Shown piece by piece: positions 25,412-35,804 of a stretch of DNA of 39,068 nucleotides. The stretch comes from a virus (taxonomy: Duplodnaviria > Caudoviricetes): IMG/VR virus record IMGVR_UViG_3300036520_000015, positions 1-39,068 of that record, one strand, 5' to 3'. The position numbers and the translations under genes were made by a program. Numbering within the stretch: the first letter of the stretch is position 1; every line of letters begins with the position of its first letter. The notes under the pieces were generated by a model. It searched no databases, had not been told where the DNA came from, and worked only from the letters and a program-made list of their open reading frames with translations.

Positions 25412-27280
25412 TTGGCAACAGAAGTCGATCTACAACGCCTCGTCGTCCAGATGGAGGCCTCATTCGTCAAGTATCAGCGTGAATGGCAGAAGGCGCTTGG
25501 CACCACTGACACCAACGTCAAGCAGGTACAGAACCGCTTTGATCGTATGTCCAAGTCGATCAACAGTGCCGGTGCGAGCACGGCGCGCGCGCTTGATCCG
25601 ATCGCTGGTCAGACCGGCAACATCGCCGCTCAGTTCCAGGACATAGTCGTGCAGTTGCAAGGTGGCCAGTCGCCGTTCCTCATAGCTATGCAACAGGGAA
25701 CGCAACTCAGCGCGGTGCTAAGCCAATCCAAAACCCCCATAGCCGCGCTTAGTTCTGCCTTTATGCAGATGGTCAATCCCATCTCCTTGGCGACCATTGC
25801 GGCAATTGCTCTGGGCGGTGCTGCTGTTCAGTACCTTGGCTCGATCTTGGGCGACGGCAAAAGTGCTACCGAAGTCATCAAAGAGCAGAACGATGTCATC
25901 CGGCGTGTGGCAGAGAACTGGGGCGATGCAGTCCCTGCGCTCAAGGCTTATGTCGACCAGCTAGATAGAGCGGCTGCGGTTGGGGATATCACCAAAGCCT
26001 ACGACATATCTCTTGATCAGGCTTATGACGTTGCTCGTCAGAAGATTTCTGATGTTCGTGCGGAGTTCGCGGCTTTGCGGGTTGATCTGCAGCAGGCGGG
26101 CGCATCTGCTCAGGAAATAGACGCTCTGCAGCGTGCATTTGATTATCTGCAGCAGAGGGTAGATGACAGCACTGCTACCAGCGAGGACTTGAACCGCGTT
26201 CTCCAGCTTCTCGGGCAAAGCACCGTTTCCACAACCAACAACATGTCTGGGTTTTCCGGCGCGCTGTCGACTGTGGCGAACATGCTTGCCGCCGCAGCCC
26301 AACAAGCAGCGAACCTCCGGGCGGAGCGTGATGCCTTACTGATGCAGGGGCCGGATGCAACCAGGTTCTATAAAGGGCAGGATTTTGCTGCCGAGCAGGA
26401 GCGCCTCAACAGCCTCACCGCAAAAGGACTCACTCTTGAGAATGAGATTGCCCGCGTCAAGGCCGAAGCTGATCGGGCCGGGGCTAATCTCGGCAATGAA
26501 CAGGCGTTGCGGATCGCTCAAGCCCGTTTGGACGCGGAGGAGCGCCGTTCTGCTCTAGCTACTTCATCTAAGGGCGCCTCCAAAGCTGTCTCTGAGGCAG
26601 GGCGGGAACGCCAGGCAGTGGTCGATTTGATCGCTGAGCTTGAATATGAGTTCTCGTTGCTTGGCATGACGGAGCAGCAAAAGGCTATATCCAATGCCCT
26701 CCGCCGTGCCGGCGCAGCAGCAACAGAAGAACAGCGCCAAGCCATCACCAATCTGGTGAATGCCACACAGGCAGAGGCCGCAGCGATGGCGGCCACCAAT
26801 GAGCAGATGCGAGAGTTCGCAGATGCTGGTCGGCAGGCACTGCAGGGCTACATCAGCGACATGATCGCCGGAAAGAACGCCACTGAAGCCTTGGGCAATG
26901 CTCTAGGTAACATAGGCGACCGCCTTGTAAACCTTGGCCTTGATGCTCTTTTCGGCGGCGGCTCGGACTTCGGGTTCCTTGGGCAGATGTTTGGTATCAG
27001 CGGCAAGCGCGCAGCTGGTGGCCCCGTTAGCGCTGGCCAGACGTACCTTGTGGGCGAGAAAGGGCCGGAACTCTTTACAGCGCCTATGGCCGGCAAAATC
27101 GTCGCCAATGACCGGTTGGGCGGTGCAGGGGCGTCCGTGACCTTTGCCCCTGTTATCGATGCGCGCGGCGCAGATGCCGCCAGTGTTGCCCGCCTGGAGC
27201 GGAGCATGGCGCGCATGGCAGGCGAGATGGACGGCAGGGTCAAGCAGATCGTCCGCACTCAGGGCCGGAAGTGGAAATAG
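25412..27280 (+). CDS. Tape measure protein
   Basis: NIAAQFQDI.VQL.GGQSP...MQQG.Q; Ala/Gln-rich helices; RAAGGPV..YLVGEKGPELF. Confidence 0.93.
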   Translation: MATEVDLQRLVVQMEASFVKYQREWQKALGTTDTNVKQVQNRFDRMSKSINSAGASTARALDPIAGQTGNIAAQFQDIVVQLQGGQSPFLIAMQQGTQLSAVLSQSKTPIAALSSAFMQMVNPISLATIAAIALGGAAVQYLGSILGDGKSATEVIKEQNDVIRRVAENWGDAVPALKAYVDQLDRAAAVGDITKAYDISLDQAYDVARQKISDVRAEFAALRVDLQQAGASAQEIDALQRAFDYLQQRVDDSTATSEDLNRVLQLLGQSTVSTTNNMSGFSGALSTVANMLAAAAQQAANLRAERDALLMQGPDATRFYKGQDFAAEQERLNSLTAKGLTLENEIARVKAEADRAGANLGNEQALRIAQARLDAEERRSALATSSKGASKAVSEAGRERQAVVDLIAELEYEFSLLGMTEQQKAISNALRRAGAAATEEQRQAITNLVNATQAEAAAMAATNEQMREFADAGRQALQGYISDMIAGKNATEALGNALGNIGDRLVNLGLDALFGGGSDFGFLGQMFGISGKRAAGGPVSAGQTYLVGEKGPELFTAPMAGKIVANDRLGGAGASVTFAPVIDARGADAASVARLERSMARMAGEMDGRVKQIVRTQGRKWK

Positions 27281-27283
27281 CCG

Positions 27284-27892
27284 ATGGCTCTGACTGAACC
27301 GGTCGATCTGCTGACGGGCTTCCCCGGGTGGTCTACGGAATTCGACTTGATGGCGCGTCAGGAGCAATCCCGGCATGCCTCTGGCCGAACCCGCGTCAAA
27401 GACTTCGGCCAGCCGTTATGGCGCGGCCGGTGGCAGAGCAAGACAGTATCGGCAAACACGCTGGACAAGTGGCGCGCTCGCATTGAGCAGGCCATGGTCA
27501 GCCAGATGACCTTCATGGCTTGGCAGTCCAGCCGATGCCGGCCGATTGTTCACCCAGGCAATGCAGTTCTGCCTGCGGGCACGCTGCACACCATCGGTGG
27601 GGACGATAAGACTGTTCGCGTTGCTGGCCTTGTCGGCATCACCCTCTCGATTGGCGACATGCTCCGCATCGGCAGCAGCCTCTATCGGGTGCAGGAAGCT
27701 GCCACCGGTAACCCGACAGGGCTGTTCACGATTGCACCGCACCTGTGGCCCGGAACGGCTGCAGGCCAGCCAGTGATTATCTCCAAGCCCTGGTGCCTGA
27801 TGACAGTCGATCCCGGTTCGCTGTCTGCGCCCGCAGATGTCCGTACTGGTCGCGGCTCAATCTCTTTCAGCGCAACGGAAGCGCGGGGCTGA
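27284..27892 (+). CDS. Distal tail protein (putative)
   Basis: Position directly after the tape measure gene. Confidence 0.7.
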   Translation: MALTEPVDLLTGFPGWSTEFDLMARQEQSRHASGRTRVKDFGQPLWRGRWQSKTVSANTLDKWRARIEQAMVSQMTFMAWQSSRCRPIVHPGNAVLPAGTLHTIGGDDKTVRVAGLVGITLSIGDMLRIGSSLYRVQEAATGNPTGLFTIAPHLWPGTAAGQPVIISKPWCLMTVDPGSLSAPADVRTGRGSISFSATEARG

Positions 27893-27893
27893 C

Positions 27894-28577
27894 ATGAAGC
27901 AGTATTCCGCCAACACCGTTGCAGCCTTGGCTGCACGGCGCCTTGTGCCGCGTGACTTTCTCTGGATCGTCGCTCGTGATCGCGCCACCGGCTTGCCCGT
28001 CAACGTAGGCTTCTGGTCCGACCTGTCGAACGTCAGCGCCCTGGTGCTTGACCCTGAGACTGGGGCGCCTGTGCTGCGTACATTCTATGGCTCGGGCTCG
28101 CTTATTCAGATCAGCGACGTTCCTTCGATTGTCGGCGTCAGCGTCGAGAGCGTCACGGTGACGATGTCGCAGCTGCACGACCAGGTGGAAGAGGCCATCC
28201 GCCTTTACGACTGCAAGCAGGCGCGCATTGAGATCCACACCGGCTTGCTTGATCCTGACAGTCGGCAGCTCGTCGACCCTGCGGAGCCGATCTTTGTCGG
28301 CTTCATCGACGAAATCGAGATCCGCACGCCTTCCGAGAACGAGGATGGCGCCGCGATCCTGACCTGCGCCAGTGGCACGCAGGAACTGTTGCGATCTAAC
28401 CCGGCAACGCGCAGCCATGCTGATCAGCAGGTCCGCGCTCCGGGCGATGAGTTCTTCCTCGATGCTGCCGTGTGCGGTGACTGGGATCACTACTGGGGCG
28501 CTGTCGGGCAGAACAAGGTCAACACAGCCAAGCCGAAGGGCTTGTTCGGCTGGGGCAACTTCCTGGGGTTCCTGTGA
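27894..28577 (+). CDS. Tail hub/baseplate protein (putative)
   Basis: G.GSLIQI; RSHADQQ.R.PGD.F; synteny. Confidence 0.7.
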   Translation: MKQYSANTVAALAARRLVPRDFLWIVARDRATGLPVNVGFWSDLSNVSALVLDPETGAPVLRTFYGSGSLIQISDVPSIVGVSVESVTVTMSQLHDQVEEAIRLYDCKQARIEIHTGLLDPDSRQLVDPAEPIFVGFIDEIEIRTPSENEDGAAILTCASGTQELLRSNPATRSHADQQVRAPGDEFFLDAAVCGDWDHYWGAVGQNKVNTAKPKGLFGWGNFLGFL

Positions 28578-29014
28578 CAGTCCGGCTGGCGAATGGCGTT
28601 GATCGTGTGGCGATTGTCCGCATGCTTAGGGATGCGCATGCCGCCGGTGGCCTACCGTTCCCGTTCAGTGCACCACACGCCATGGCTCTGGCGGACCGGC
28701 ACATTGCAGAACCGCACCTGATGGCGCTTGTGGCCGGTGTTCCCGCTCGCGGCATGTTGTTAGCGAGTTGCCAAGAGCACCCTTTCGCCGCCGTAAAGTA
28801 CGCCATGGAAACAGTCTGGTGGATCGCGCCCGATATGCGCGGCCGGTTCGCTGGCGATATGCTCGCCGCCTACGAACAATGGGCTTTAGCCCAGGGCTGC
28901 GCCTTTGCGGGCATGGCTGCGCTCGCCGCATTCCCTCGTGCTGGGATCATCTATCGCCGTGCGGGTTTCCGCGAAACAGAGACGCATTACCTGAAGCCGC
29001 TTTCGGCGGCATAG
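28574..29014 (+). CDS. GNAT-fold acetyltransferase-like protein
   Basis: VRLA...D; ETVWWIAPDMRG; AYEQWA..QG; IYRRAGF..TE. Confidence 0.75.
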   Translation: MTVRLANGVDRVAIVRMLRDAHAAGGLPFPFSAPHAMALADRHIAEPHLMALVAGVPARGMLLASCQEHPFAAVKYAMETVWWIAPDMRGRFAGDMLAAYEQWALAQGCAFAGMAALAAFPRAGIIYRRAGFRETETHYLKPLSAA

Positions 29015-29026
29015 AGGCACCCTTAC

Positions 29027-31543
29027 ATGGCAGTATTCACCACCATCGGTGCCGCAGTATTCGGTGCCGGTACGTTCCTTGCTGGCGTAACGGCAGCGGG
29101 TCTGCAGATCGCGGCTGGCGTGGCAATGAGCCTGATCGGCAAGGCCATGCAGGGCGAGCCAGAGCCGCCACGCTTTGGTGTGCAGGGCAAGCTGCAGGCC
29201 GGTGAAGACGTGCCGCGTTCGCTCAATCTGGGATGGAACTGCACGGCCGGCTCGCTGTCCTGGCATCACACGTTCGGCGATGGCGGCACCATGTCCGCCC
29301 GCGTGATTGCCCTGGGCGACTTGCCGATCCGGGAGCTGCTCTATCCGATCATTGATGGCGTCGACAACACGCTGATCAAAGCCGAGCCGCACGCGCAATA
29401 CGGCTGGCCTATCGCAGAATACCGCAAGGATGGGAAAGATCACCTTTGGGTCAAGTTCTACGACGGCACGCAGACTGCTGCCGATCCTGTCCTGGTGTCG
29501 ACGTTCGGGAATGATCCGGATCGCCCCTATCAGGCAACGCGCGTCGGTCGCGGCGTTCCGTACGTCATCGTCTTTGCCCGTGCTCCTGAGCGGAACGACG
29601 AGGGGGACAAGCCACTGTTCCAGGGCATTCCTGAGCTGAAGTTCGTCACCAACGGCGTCCGCTGGTACAACCCCGCGCTGGACACCACTGTCGGCGGGTC
29701 GGGCGCACACCGGTGGGACAATCCAGCCACTTGGGGCGGAGATGGTGACTTCAATCCCATCGTGCACCTCTACAATCTGCTGCGCGGGGTCCGCTACACT
29801 GGGCAATGGCTCTATGGCATGCAGGCTCTGTCCGCAGCGCGCCTGCCTGCCGCTTCATGGATTACTGGAGTAAACGCGGCCCAGACGGCAATTGCCGGTC
29901 CTGGGGGGCAGGAGCCAACTTATCGTGCAGGCGGTGAGATCCAGGTCGGGGCGCAGGTCGCGACCACTGTTGAGGCGCTGCTAACCGCTTCCAATGCTCG
30001 CCTCGTCGAAAGCGGCGGCACCTACAAGATATTCGTTGGCCCTCCTGGCGCGCCAGTGATGGCGTTCACGGATGGCGACATCCTCTCGACCGAGGAGCAG
30101 AGCTTCAGTCCGTTCCAGAGCCTCGCCGATACCGTCAACGGCGTGGATGCGACTTATCCAAACCCTGCGGAAGGCTGGAACGCCAAGAAGGCGCCGCCAC
30201 TGCTGCGGCCGGACCTTGAGCCACTGGCAGGCAATCGTCGACTGATCGCTTCAGTGTCGCTCGACCTCGTGCCCTATGCCGGCCAGGCGCAGCGGCTGAT
30301 GCAATGGGCACTCCTCGAGGCGCTGCGCGCCCGTCGTCATACCTTTGTGCTTGGGCCTGAGTTCCGGGTGCTGGAAGCGGGCGACATTGTGCTCTGGTCC
30401 TCTGCACGCAATGGCTATGAGGAAAAGCTCTTCAGAGTAGATGGGTTGGTCTACAAGTCCAACCTCGATGTCATCGTTGATCTAACGGAAGTCGACCCGT
30501 CGGATTACGACTGGGATCAGCAAGCCGACTATACGCCGGTCATAGATGGCCCGCTGACTCTAGTTGGCCCCAAGCCCATGCCGATGAACGGTTGGCAGGT
30601 GTTCCCGTGGATTGTTGCCGACGAACAAGGCCGTCCGCGCCGGCCGAGCATCCTGGTACAGTATGCCTCGGGGTTACCCAGCGTTGAGCGTGTGCGAGTG
30701 CAGGTCCGCGTGGGTGATGAGAATGGTGCGCTAATCTTCGACAGCGATGCGCATCCCTATGCCGCGCCATGGAGCAACATTCTACAAGGCCAGTTCCCGG
30801 CGAACACTCCAGTGGTGGTGCGCGGCATCTTCATTGGCCCGCCTGCTGCTGATTGGTCGGGCTGGTTCGCGATCACCACGCCTGACGTGAAGCTGAGCGC
30901 CCTTGATGTTATCTACGGCGACTTCGACCTAGATGGACTTGGCGAACAGGTGGAAGGCTATTTCGAGTGGATCGGCCAAACGCCGCGCCAGCTGATCGAT
31001 AGCCTAACAGCCCTTGATCTGCACTCAGCAGATCAGGAACTGGCAAACGCCCTACAGTTTGATGAACTTCGACGCACCCTCAGCCTCTCGCTTGGTGAGG
31101 TAAAGGCCAGCTTTGACGAGGTGATCACCGTCGCGATCATTCCTTTGCAGGATGGTTATGCGGCGCTGACGGACCAACTCACGACGCTCTCAGCGGAAGT
31201 TGAAGGTGTTTCTTCGCAGGTCACGGTGCGAGGAACTGCCCAAGCATCTCCCGGTGGAGGCTGGGCTCGCTGGGGTGTCGAAGTCAAGGTGAATGACGGG
31301 GATGGCTGGTCTCCAGCTGCGTTCTTCATTGATCACAATGGCACCGTGAGCCGCGCCGTGTTCTCGGTGAACCAATTCATTATCACGGATGGTGCCAACG
31401 CCATGAACCCGTTCGTTTTCGAGGGCGGGGAGGCCAAAATGGTCGCGGCTCGCATCGGCACCATTCACTCAGGCAAGCTTCAGAGCTTCGACGGCAAAAT
31501 GGTGATTGACCTCGATAACAAGCGCATCAGCATCTCGACATGA
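29027..31543 (+). CDS. Tail tip/central fibre (gpJ-like) protein
   Basis: 838 aa; tail-tip core, FN3-like part, coiled coil, C-terminal PFVFEGG..IGTI..M.IDLDN. Confidence 0.85.
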   Translation: MAVFTTIGAAVFGAGTFLAGVTAAGLQIAAGVAMSLIGKAMQGEPEPPRFGVQGKLQAGEDVPRSLNLGWNCTAGSLSWHHTFGDGGTMSARVIALGDLPIRELLYPIIDGVDNTLIKAEPHAQYGWPIAEYRKDGKDHLWVKFYDGTQTAADPVLVSTFGNDPDRPYQATRVGRGVPYVIVFARAPERNDEGDKPLFQGIPELKFVTNGVRWYNPALDTTVGGSGAHRWDNPATWGGDGDFNPIVHLYNLLRGVRYTGQWLYGMQALSAARLPAASWITGVNAAQTAIAGPGGQEPTYRAGGEIQVGAQVATTVEALLTASNARLVESGGTYKIFVGPPGAPVMAFTDGDILSTEEQSFSPFQSLADTVNGVDATYPNPAEGWNAKKAPPLLRPDLEPLAGNRRLIASVSLDLVPYAGQAQRLMQWALLEALRARRHTFVLGPEFRVLEAGDIVLWSSARNGYEEKLFRVDGLVYKSNLDVIVDLTEVDPSDYDWDQQADYTPVIDGPLTLVGPKPMPMNGWQVFPWIVADEQGRPRRPSILVQYASGLPSVERVRVQVRVGDENGALIFDSDAHPYAAPWSNILQGQFPANTPVVVRGIFIGPPAADWSGWFAITTPDVKLSALDVIYGDFDLDGLGEQVEGYFEWIGQTPRQLIDSLTALDLHSADQELANALQFDELRRTLSLSLGEVKASFDEVITVAIIPLQDGYAALTDQLTTLSAEVEGVSSQVTVRGTAQASPGGGWARWGVEVKVNDGDGWSPAAFFIDHNGTVSRAVFSVNQFIITDGANAMNPFVFEGGEAKMVAARIGTIHSGKLQSFDGKMVIDLDNKRISIST

Positions 31544-32304
31544 CAGTTCGCCTGTATGCAGACGAGTTCCGCTGCGCGATATTCGAGGAAGCGCCAGGCG
31601 GTGGCGATGCTGGCGATCCAAACTCATTGATGAACCGGCCGGCGGTGAACCCACTCGGCTGGCTGTCATCGCTCTACTTCCACTCGGATCTGGACTATTT
31701 CGGCATCGCTGCCCGCAACATGAACGCGGTAGTCAACCACGCTGCCGTGCCCGGCATTACACGTAGCGTGGTCGGCAACGTCAGCTTTCTTGGACAAGCA
31801 GTCCGGGCCGAGCATGTCATCCTGACCCACAATCTTGGATATGTGCCCAAGTTTTTCCTGCTCTATCAGGGGCGCCTGATCCCGCAAGGCATCCCCATCC
31901 AAGACGAAGGTCAGGGCAAAAAGCGGTTTGTCTCGGCTTATGCCACAACCACTGATATCCGGCTCTGGGAAGTCGGCTATTCCGACAACACGACCTTGAG
32001 TGCAGTGCAGGCCACCTACCAGGTCATTGCGCTGCGCGACCCTGCTGCCAATCCGGTCGACAAGCAGCTCGACATCTATCCCGGTCAGGCCATCTTCGGC
32101 CGCGGCAAGTTCCGGGCTGGTGAGCCCCATATGCGCTTGGACGGGCAGGGCGACATTCAGTGGCCGATAGCCACCGGCAGGACGGCGGCGATCCGCAATG
32201 GTGGGCTGCGGGCTTATTACCCGAACGGCGGCTATGTCGACTTCCGAGAGTACAACGGCGCTTTGACGGCGCCTGGATTCTACATGTTAGCGGCAGGTGT
32301 TTGA
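31540..32304 (+). CDS. Tail tip accessory protein
   Basis: LYFHSDLDY; THNLGYVP; ATGA-coupled. Confidence 0.7.
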   Translation: MTVRLYADEFRCAIFEEAPGGGDAGDPNSLMNRPAVNPLGWLSSLYFHSDLDYFGIAARNMNAVVNHAAVPGITRSVVGNVSFLGQAVRAEHVILTHNLGYVPKFFLLYQGRLIPQGIPIQDEGQGKKRFVSAYATTTDIRLWEVGYSDNTTLSAVQATYQVIALRDPAANPVDKQLDIYPGQAIFGRGKFRAGEPHMRLDGQGDIQWPIATGRTAAIRNGGLRAYYPNGGYVDFREYNGALTAPGFYMLAAGV

Positions 32305-33158
32305 TGGTTGACGCGACCTATATCGACCAAGGTCGAGTGCAGATCATCAAGGATGATGATGTCTCATTCGACACGGCGCGGCCATCGCTAGTGATGTTCC
32401 CCGAGGCCAATCGGATCGTCAGGTCTGGGCAAGTGATCAACTTCCCATCGCCGATCATGATGCGGAACTACTATTACTTCAACTCCGGCGCCGGGCCGAC
32501 CTCTTGTTCCCTGTGGGCGACGCTGCCGTGGCAGGAGTGGGGGCCGGACGAAGCGCATCACAACGAGGTCTATTTCTCGCAGGCGCCGCAGAACTCCACT
32601 CCCGGCCCGACCACTCGGAACCTGCCGCAGGAGTACCTGGGGAGCGTGCCAGCAGGGACGAACTTTTTAGACATCAGGGCCAACCTGACGCGCATCGATC
32701 CGCCTGCTGCATTCATGGAGGTAGAACCGCCGATCGTGTTCTTCCCTGAGGGCGTCTGGTTCAACATCGGGAACGGGGGCTCCTGCACCTGCGAGTATTT
32801 CGACCCGCTGATCAGGCATTTCGATATCGTGCTGAGTGGCTCGGACGTTTACCTGCGGCGGTATCAATCGGTGCGCAATGCCAACACCGACTACGCTGTG
32901 AATGCCGGCGGCACCAACGTGGACATCGCCACGAACCAGAGCGGTTGGTCAAACTCGCAGATCGGTAGCACGGAAGCGGTGTCCGAGAGCGGCCCGGTGC
33001 CAAAGAGCAACTCGCAGTTGGCCTCTCTGATCCAAGCCAAACTCGGCGGCAACACCCAAAAACGACCAAGCCAGAACGACCGTTGTTCCGGCCCATTCCC
33101 TGATCTTGCCTCGACCTATGTCGGCGACATCATCATCACGCCTGGCCGCCGCGCCTAA
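32304..33158 (+). CDS. Tail tip accessory/receptor-binding protein
   Basis: TGATG-coupled start; SFDT motif; beta-rich. Confidence 0.65.
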   Translation: MVDATYIDQGRVQIIKDDDVSFDTARPSLVMFPEANRIVRSGQVINFPSPIMMRNYYYFNSGAGPTSCSLWATLPWQEWGPDEAHHNEVYFSQAPQNSTPGPTTRNLPQEYLGSVPAGTNFLDIRANLTRIDPPAAFMEVEPPIVFFPEGVWFNIGNGGSCTCEYFDPLIRHFDIVLSGSDVYLRRYQSVRNANTDYAVNAGGTNVDIATNQSGWSNSQIGSTEAVSESGPVPKSNSQLASLIQAKLGGNTQKRPSQNDRCSGPFPDLASTYVGDIIITPGRRA

Positions 33159-33188
33159 AACAAGCCCGCACATCATAGCATCTACCCA

Positions 33189-33213
33189 GCCGCCCTACGA
33201 GGCGGCTTTTTTT
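33189..33213 (+). terminator. Intrinsic terminator
   Basis: GCCGCC-CTACGA-GGCGGC followed by TTTTTTT. Confidence 0.85.
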
Positions 33214-33226
33214 CATTGGAGCATCC

Positions 33227-34744
33227 ATGCCCGCCCTTTCCGATTATGTGACCGGCTCGATCACGCTCACCAATGGCTCTGCTGCGTTCAGCGGTAATGC
33301 TACAGGCTGGTTGCTAGCGGGTTTTAAGGAAGGCGACACGATCCTCGACGTTGCCGGCGCAAGCGGTCGCGTGGGGGTCATCGCGTCGATCAACAGCAAC
33401 ACCGCTGGAATGCTCAGCAAGGCCTGGGAAGGGCCGACGCTCATCAACGTGGCCTACAGGATGCGCTACCAGCCTGACGGGGCTCGTGTGTCGGCGCAGG
33501 CCCGAAATCTTATAGAGGTGCTGGGCAGCGGCAATCTGCAATCCCTTGCTGGCTTGGAGGGGATGGCCGATCAGGTCCCGGTATTCACTGGACCCAGTAC
33601 GATGGAACTTGTTCCGAAGTCGGATCTTGGACCAGATATCACGCCATTCTGGGAAGAGAGGCTTGCTCAGGATGGCACTGCAGCAGCTGCACTGGCCGGC
33701 CTCAGGGCAGCATCAAACGTTCCAAATCTCTGCCATAATGGTGCCCTTCAGGTTTGGCAGCAGCTTATTAATCCGGTCCCTAACATGGGTCATCGGGTGC
33801 CGCTCGCAGACGGCTTTCTTTTCGGCAACAATTCTAATGCAGGGCCCGGACGCTTTACCGGTTCAAGAGACACTGATGTACCGTCTCAGAAAGCTGCGGC
33901 ATCAATCAGGCTGGATTGCACAACCGCAGAAGCTTCACTCACGTCAACTTCTGATGCCCACGTTCGATATGCTCTTCTAGGCAGCAAAGTATTTCCCCAC
34001 TGGGACACCGCTCTGAAGGTGTCATTCCGAGCCAAAACCAACAAGCCGGGAAAGTACAGTCTGATCGCCAACAATGAGGCTAGGTCGCACTGTTATGTCG
34101 CCGAATATGAGATGACCGGCGCGGGAGCTTGGGAAGATGTCGAGGTGGCGATCCCTCTATCCCAGCGCTTGGGCACGTGGAATGACGGAAACGGCTACGG
34201 TATTGGTCTGAGGTGGAGTTTCCTCGCTGGCGCTTCGCTGCGAACCTCAGCTCTTGGTTGGCAGGCCGGCAACTTTGTTGGGGGGCCGAACCAGGTCAAC
34301 CTAGCTGACACCGTGGGCAACTACTTTAAGCTTGCAGAAATTGGCATCCATCCAAATGTAGTGCCGACTTTTGAGCCCGCTCCTTACGAGAGCGCTCTAA
34401 CTGAAAGCTTTAGGCAGTACCGGGTAGTCGATACAGATGTGGCTGGCGTGAATTTCACAGGGGTAGGGGCTCCAAGCAATACAGTGAACTTTGATCTGCC
34501 GCTTTCTCCGCCAATGTACGCTCCGCCGGTTATCGGCCTCGGGAACTCATCACTTGCGGACTTTCTGCTTCAGGATGGTGCTGGCGTATCCAAAGCCATA
34601 ACCGGACTAACCGCTTTCAATCGCAGCAAGCACTTCGCTAAGTTCACACTCAGTTCGTCGGACACTATCACTGCCGGTGCGATCTACCAGCTAAGAATGG
34701 CGACAACAGCGGCCAAGCTCGTATTCAGTGGGTATCTTCCATAA
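33227..34744 (+). CDS. Side tail fibre with C-terminal carbohydrate-binding-like domain
   Basis: Y.TGSITLTNGS..G..T.W anchor; NLCHNG.LQVWQ..VSFRAK..E.APYE..L...QY domain. Confidence 0.8.
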   Translation: MPALSDYVTGSITLTNGSAAFSGNATGWLLAGFKEGDTILDVAGASGRVGVIASINSNTAGMLSKAWEGPTLINVAYRMRYQPDGARVSAQARNLIEVLGSGNLQSLAGLEGMADQVPVFTGPSTMELVPKSDLGPDITPFWEERLAQDGTAAAALAGLRAASNVPNLCHNGALQVWQQLINPVPNMGHRVPLADGFLFGNNSNAGPGRFTGSRDTDVPSQKAAASIRLDCTTAEASLTSTSDAHVRYALLGSKVFPHWDTALKVSFRAKTNKPGKYSLIANNEARSHCYVAEYEMTGAGAWEDVEVAIPLSQRLGTWNDGNGYGIGLRWSFLAGASLRTSALGWQAGNFVGGPNQVNLADTVGNYFKLAEIGIHPNVVPTFEPAPYESALTESFRQYRVVDTDVAGVNFTGVGAPSNTVNFDLPLSPPMYAPPVIGLGNSSLADFLLQDGAGVSKAITGLTAFNRSKHFAKFTLSSSDTITAGAIYQLRMATTAAKLVFSGYLP

Positions 34745-34772
34745 AAGGCCAAGGCAGTGCTAACGACGGTGC

Positions 34773-35804
34773 ATGGGTAAGCAAGATACGAGCGCTTCGG
34801 CAAGCACTGAATATCTTCATGGCGTTCGCGGCCTCGCTGTGGCTATCGTGCTCGCTGGCCACTGCAGCAACGCAGGCCTTCATCTAGTCCCCGGTTTGGA
34901 CCTGAGAGCTACAGCCAAGGCTGGAGTGTGGCTGTTCTTCATCCTGAGCGCCTACCTTTTGACGCCGAAATTGATTGTAGGCTTCGAAAGCAGGCCAATC
35001 TTGGCTGTGGTTCGTCACTTTGCCCTCCGCCGCATATTTCGGATCCTGCCACTCTACTATGCCGTGCTCATAGGGCTTGCCGTCATCGGGACTATGGGGA
35101 TGGGTGAGTTATTCCGGCACATAGTGCTGGTGGCTGGTCGTGAGCATTTCTGGACCATCCCAGTAGAGATGGCTTTCTATGCGGTCCTGCCTCTTGCGGC
35201 ATTTGCATTAGCGAATTTGAACCCTCAAGTTCGACCGTGGATTGGGGCGTTGCTCTTTGCAGTCTCGATGGCCATCTACTTCTTAGTTGGCCCTAAAGGT
35301 GTAGCGGAGAACAGCCTTGCTCTGATGCACTACGGACCATTTTTTGCCGCTGGCATGGGGCTTTGCCTGCTTCCGCCGATGAAGAGCAGCGGAGGAGGAA
35401 CAGCGCTAGTGATAGTTAGTCTGCTTGCCATGCCGTTTGTTTCTCCGCGTGTGCTTGTTGCCCTGTCGGGAACGACGATTGAACAAGCGCTTTCTTGGTC
35501 GTGGATGTTCGCTATCGGGTGGACGGTCTTCCTATACGGCGCCAATAGCTCCAGGTTTGTTAGAATCCTTTTGTCCTATTCGTGGGCTGTTCATCTGGGC
35601 AAGGTGAGCTTCGGTGTCTACTTGATCCACTACCAACTAACGGTGTGGGCGTCAGAATGGGATTGGCTTTCACCGGCTTTGCGAGGCTGGGGAGTGGTCG
35701 TTGTGTCAATCGCTTGTGCGACCTTGTCGTTAAGGTACTTCGAAGACCCAATCCTGTCTTGGGCTACTAAGCCAAAGCGCTCAACCGTCGCTTCAGAAGC
35801 CTAA
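34773..35804 (+). CDS. Acyltransferase-3 (OafA/Oac-like) membrane O-acyltransferase
   Basis: L.GVRGLA..V..H, GV.LFFILSAYL, RRIFRILPLYY, HFWTIPVE..FY, LGKVSFGVYLIH. Confidence 0.92.
   Translation: MGKQDTSASASTEYLHGVRGLAVAIVLAGHCSNAGLHLVPGLDLRATAKAGVWLFFILSAYLLTPKLIVGFESRPILAVVRHFALRRIFRILPLYYAVLIGLAVIGTMGMGELFRHIVLVAGREHFWTIPVEMAFYAVLPLAAFALANLNPQVRPWIGALLFAVSMAIYFLVGPKGVAENSLALMHYGPFFAAGMGLCLLPPMKSSGGGTALVIVSLLAMPFVSPRVLVALSGTTIEQALSWSWMFAIGWTVFLYGANSSRFVRILLSYSWAVHLGKVSFGVYLIHYQLTVWASEWDWLSPALRGWGVVVVSIACATLSLRYFEDPILSWATKPKRSTVASEA

Noticed and set aside
29027-34744. Diversity-generating retroelement or tail-fibre shufflon
   Set aside because: No reverse transcriptase, TR/VR pair or alternate fibre tips seen
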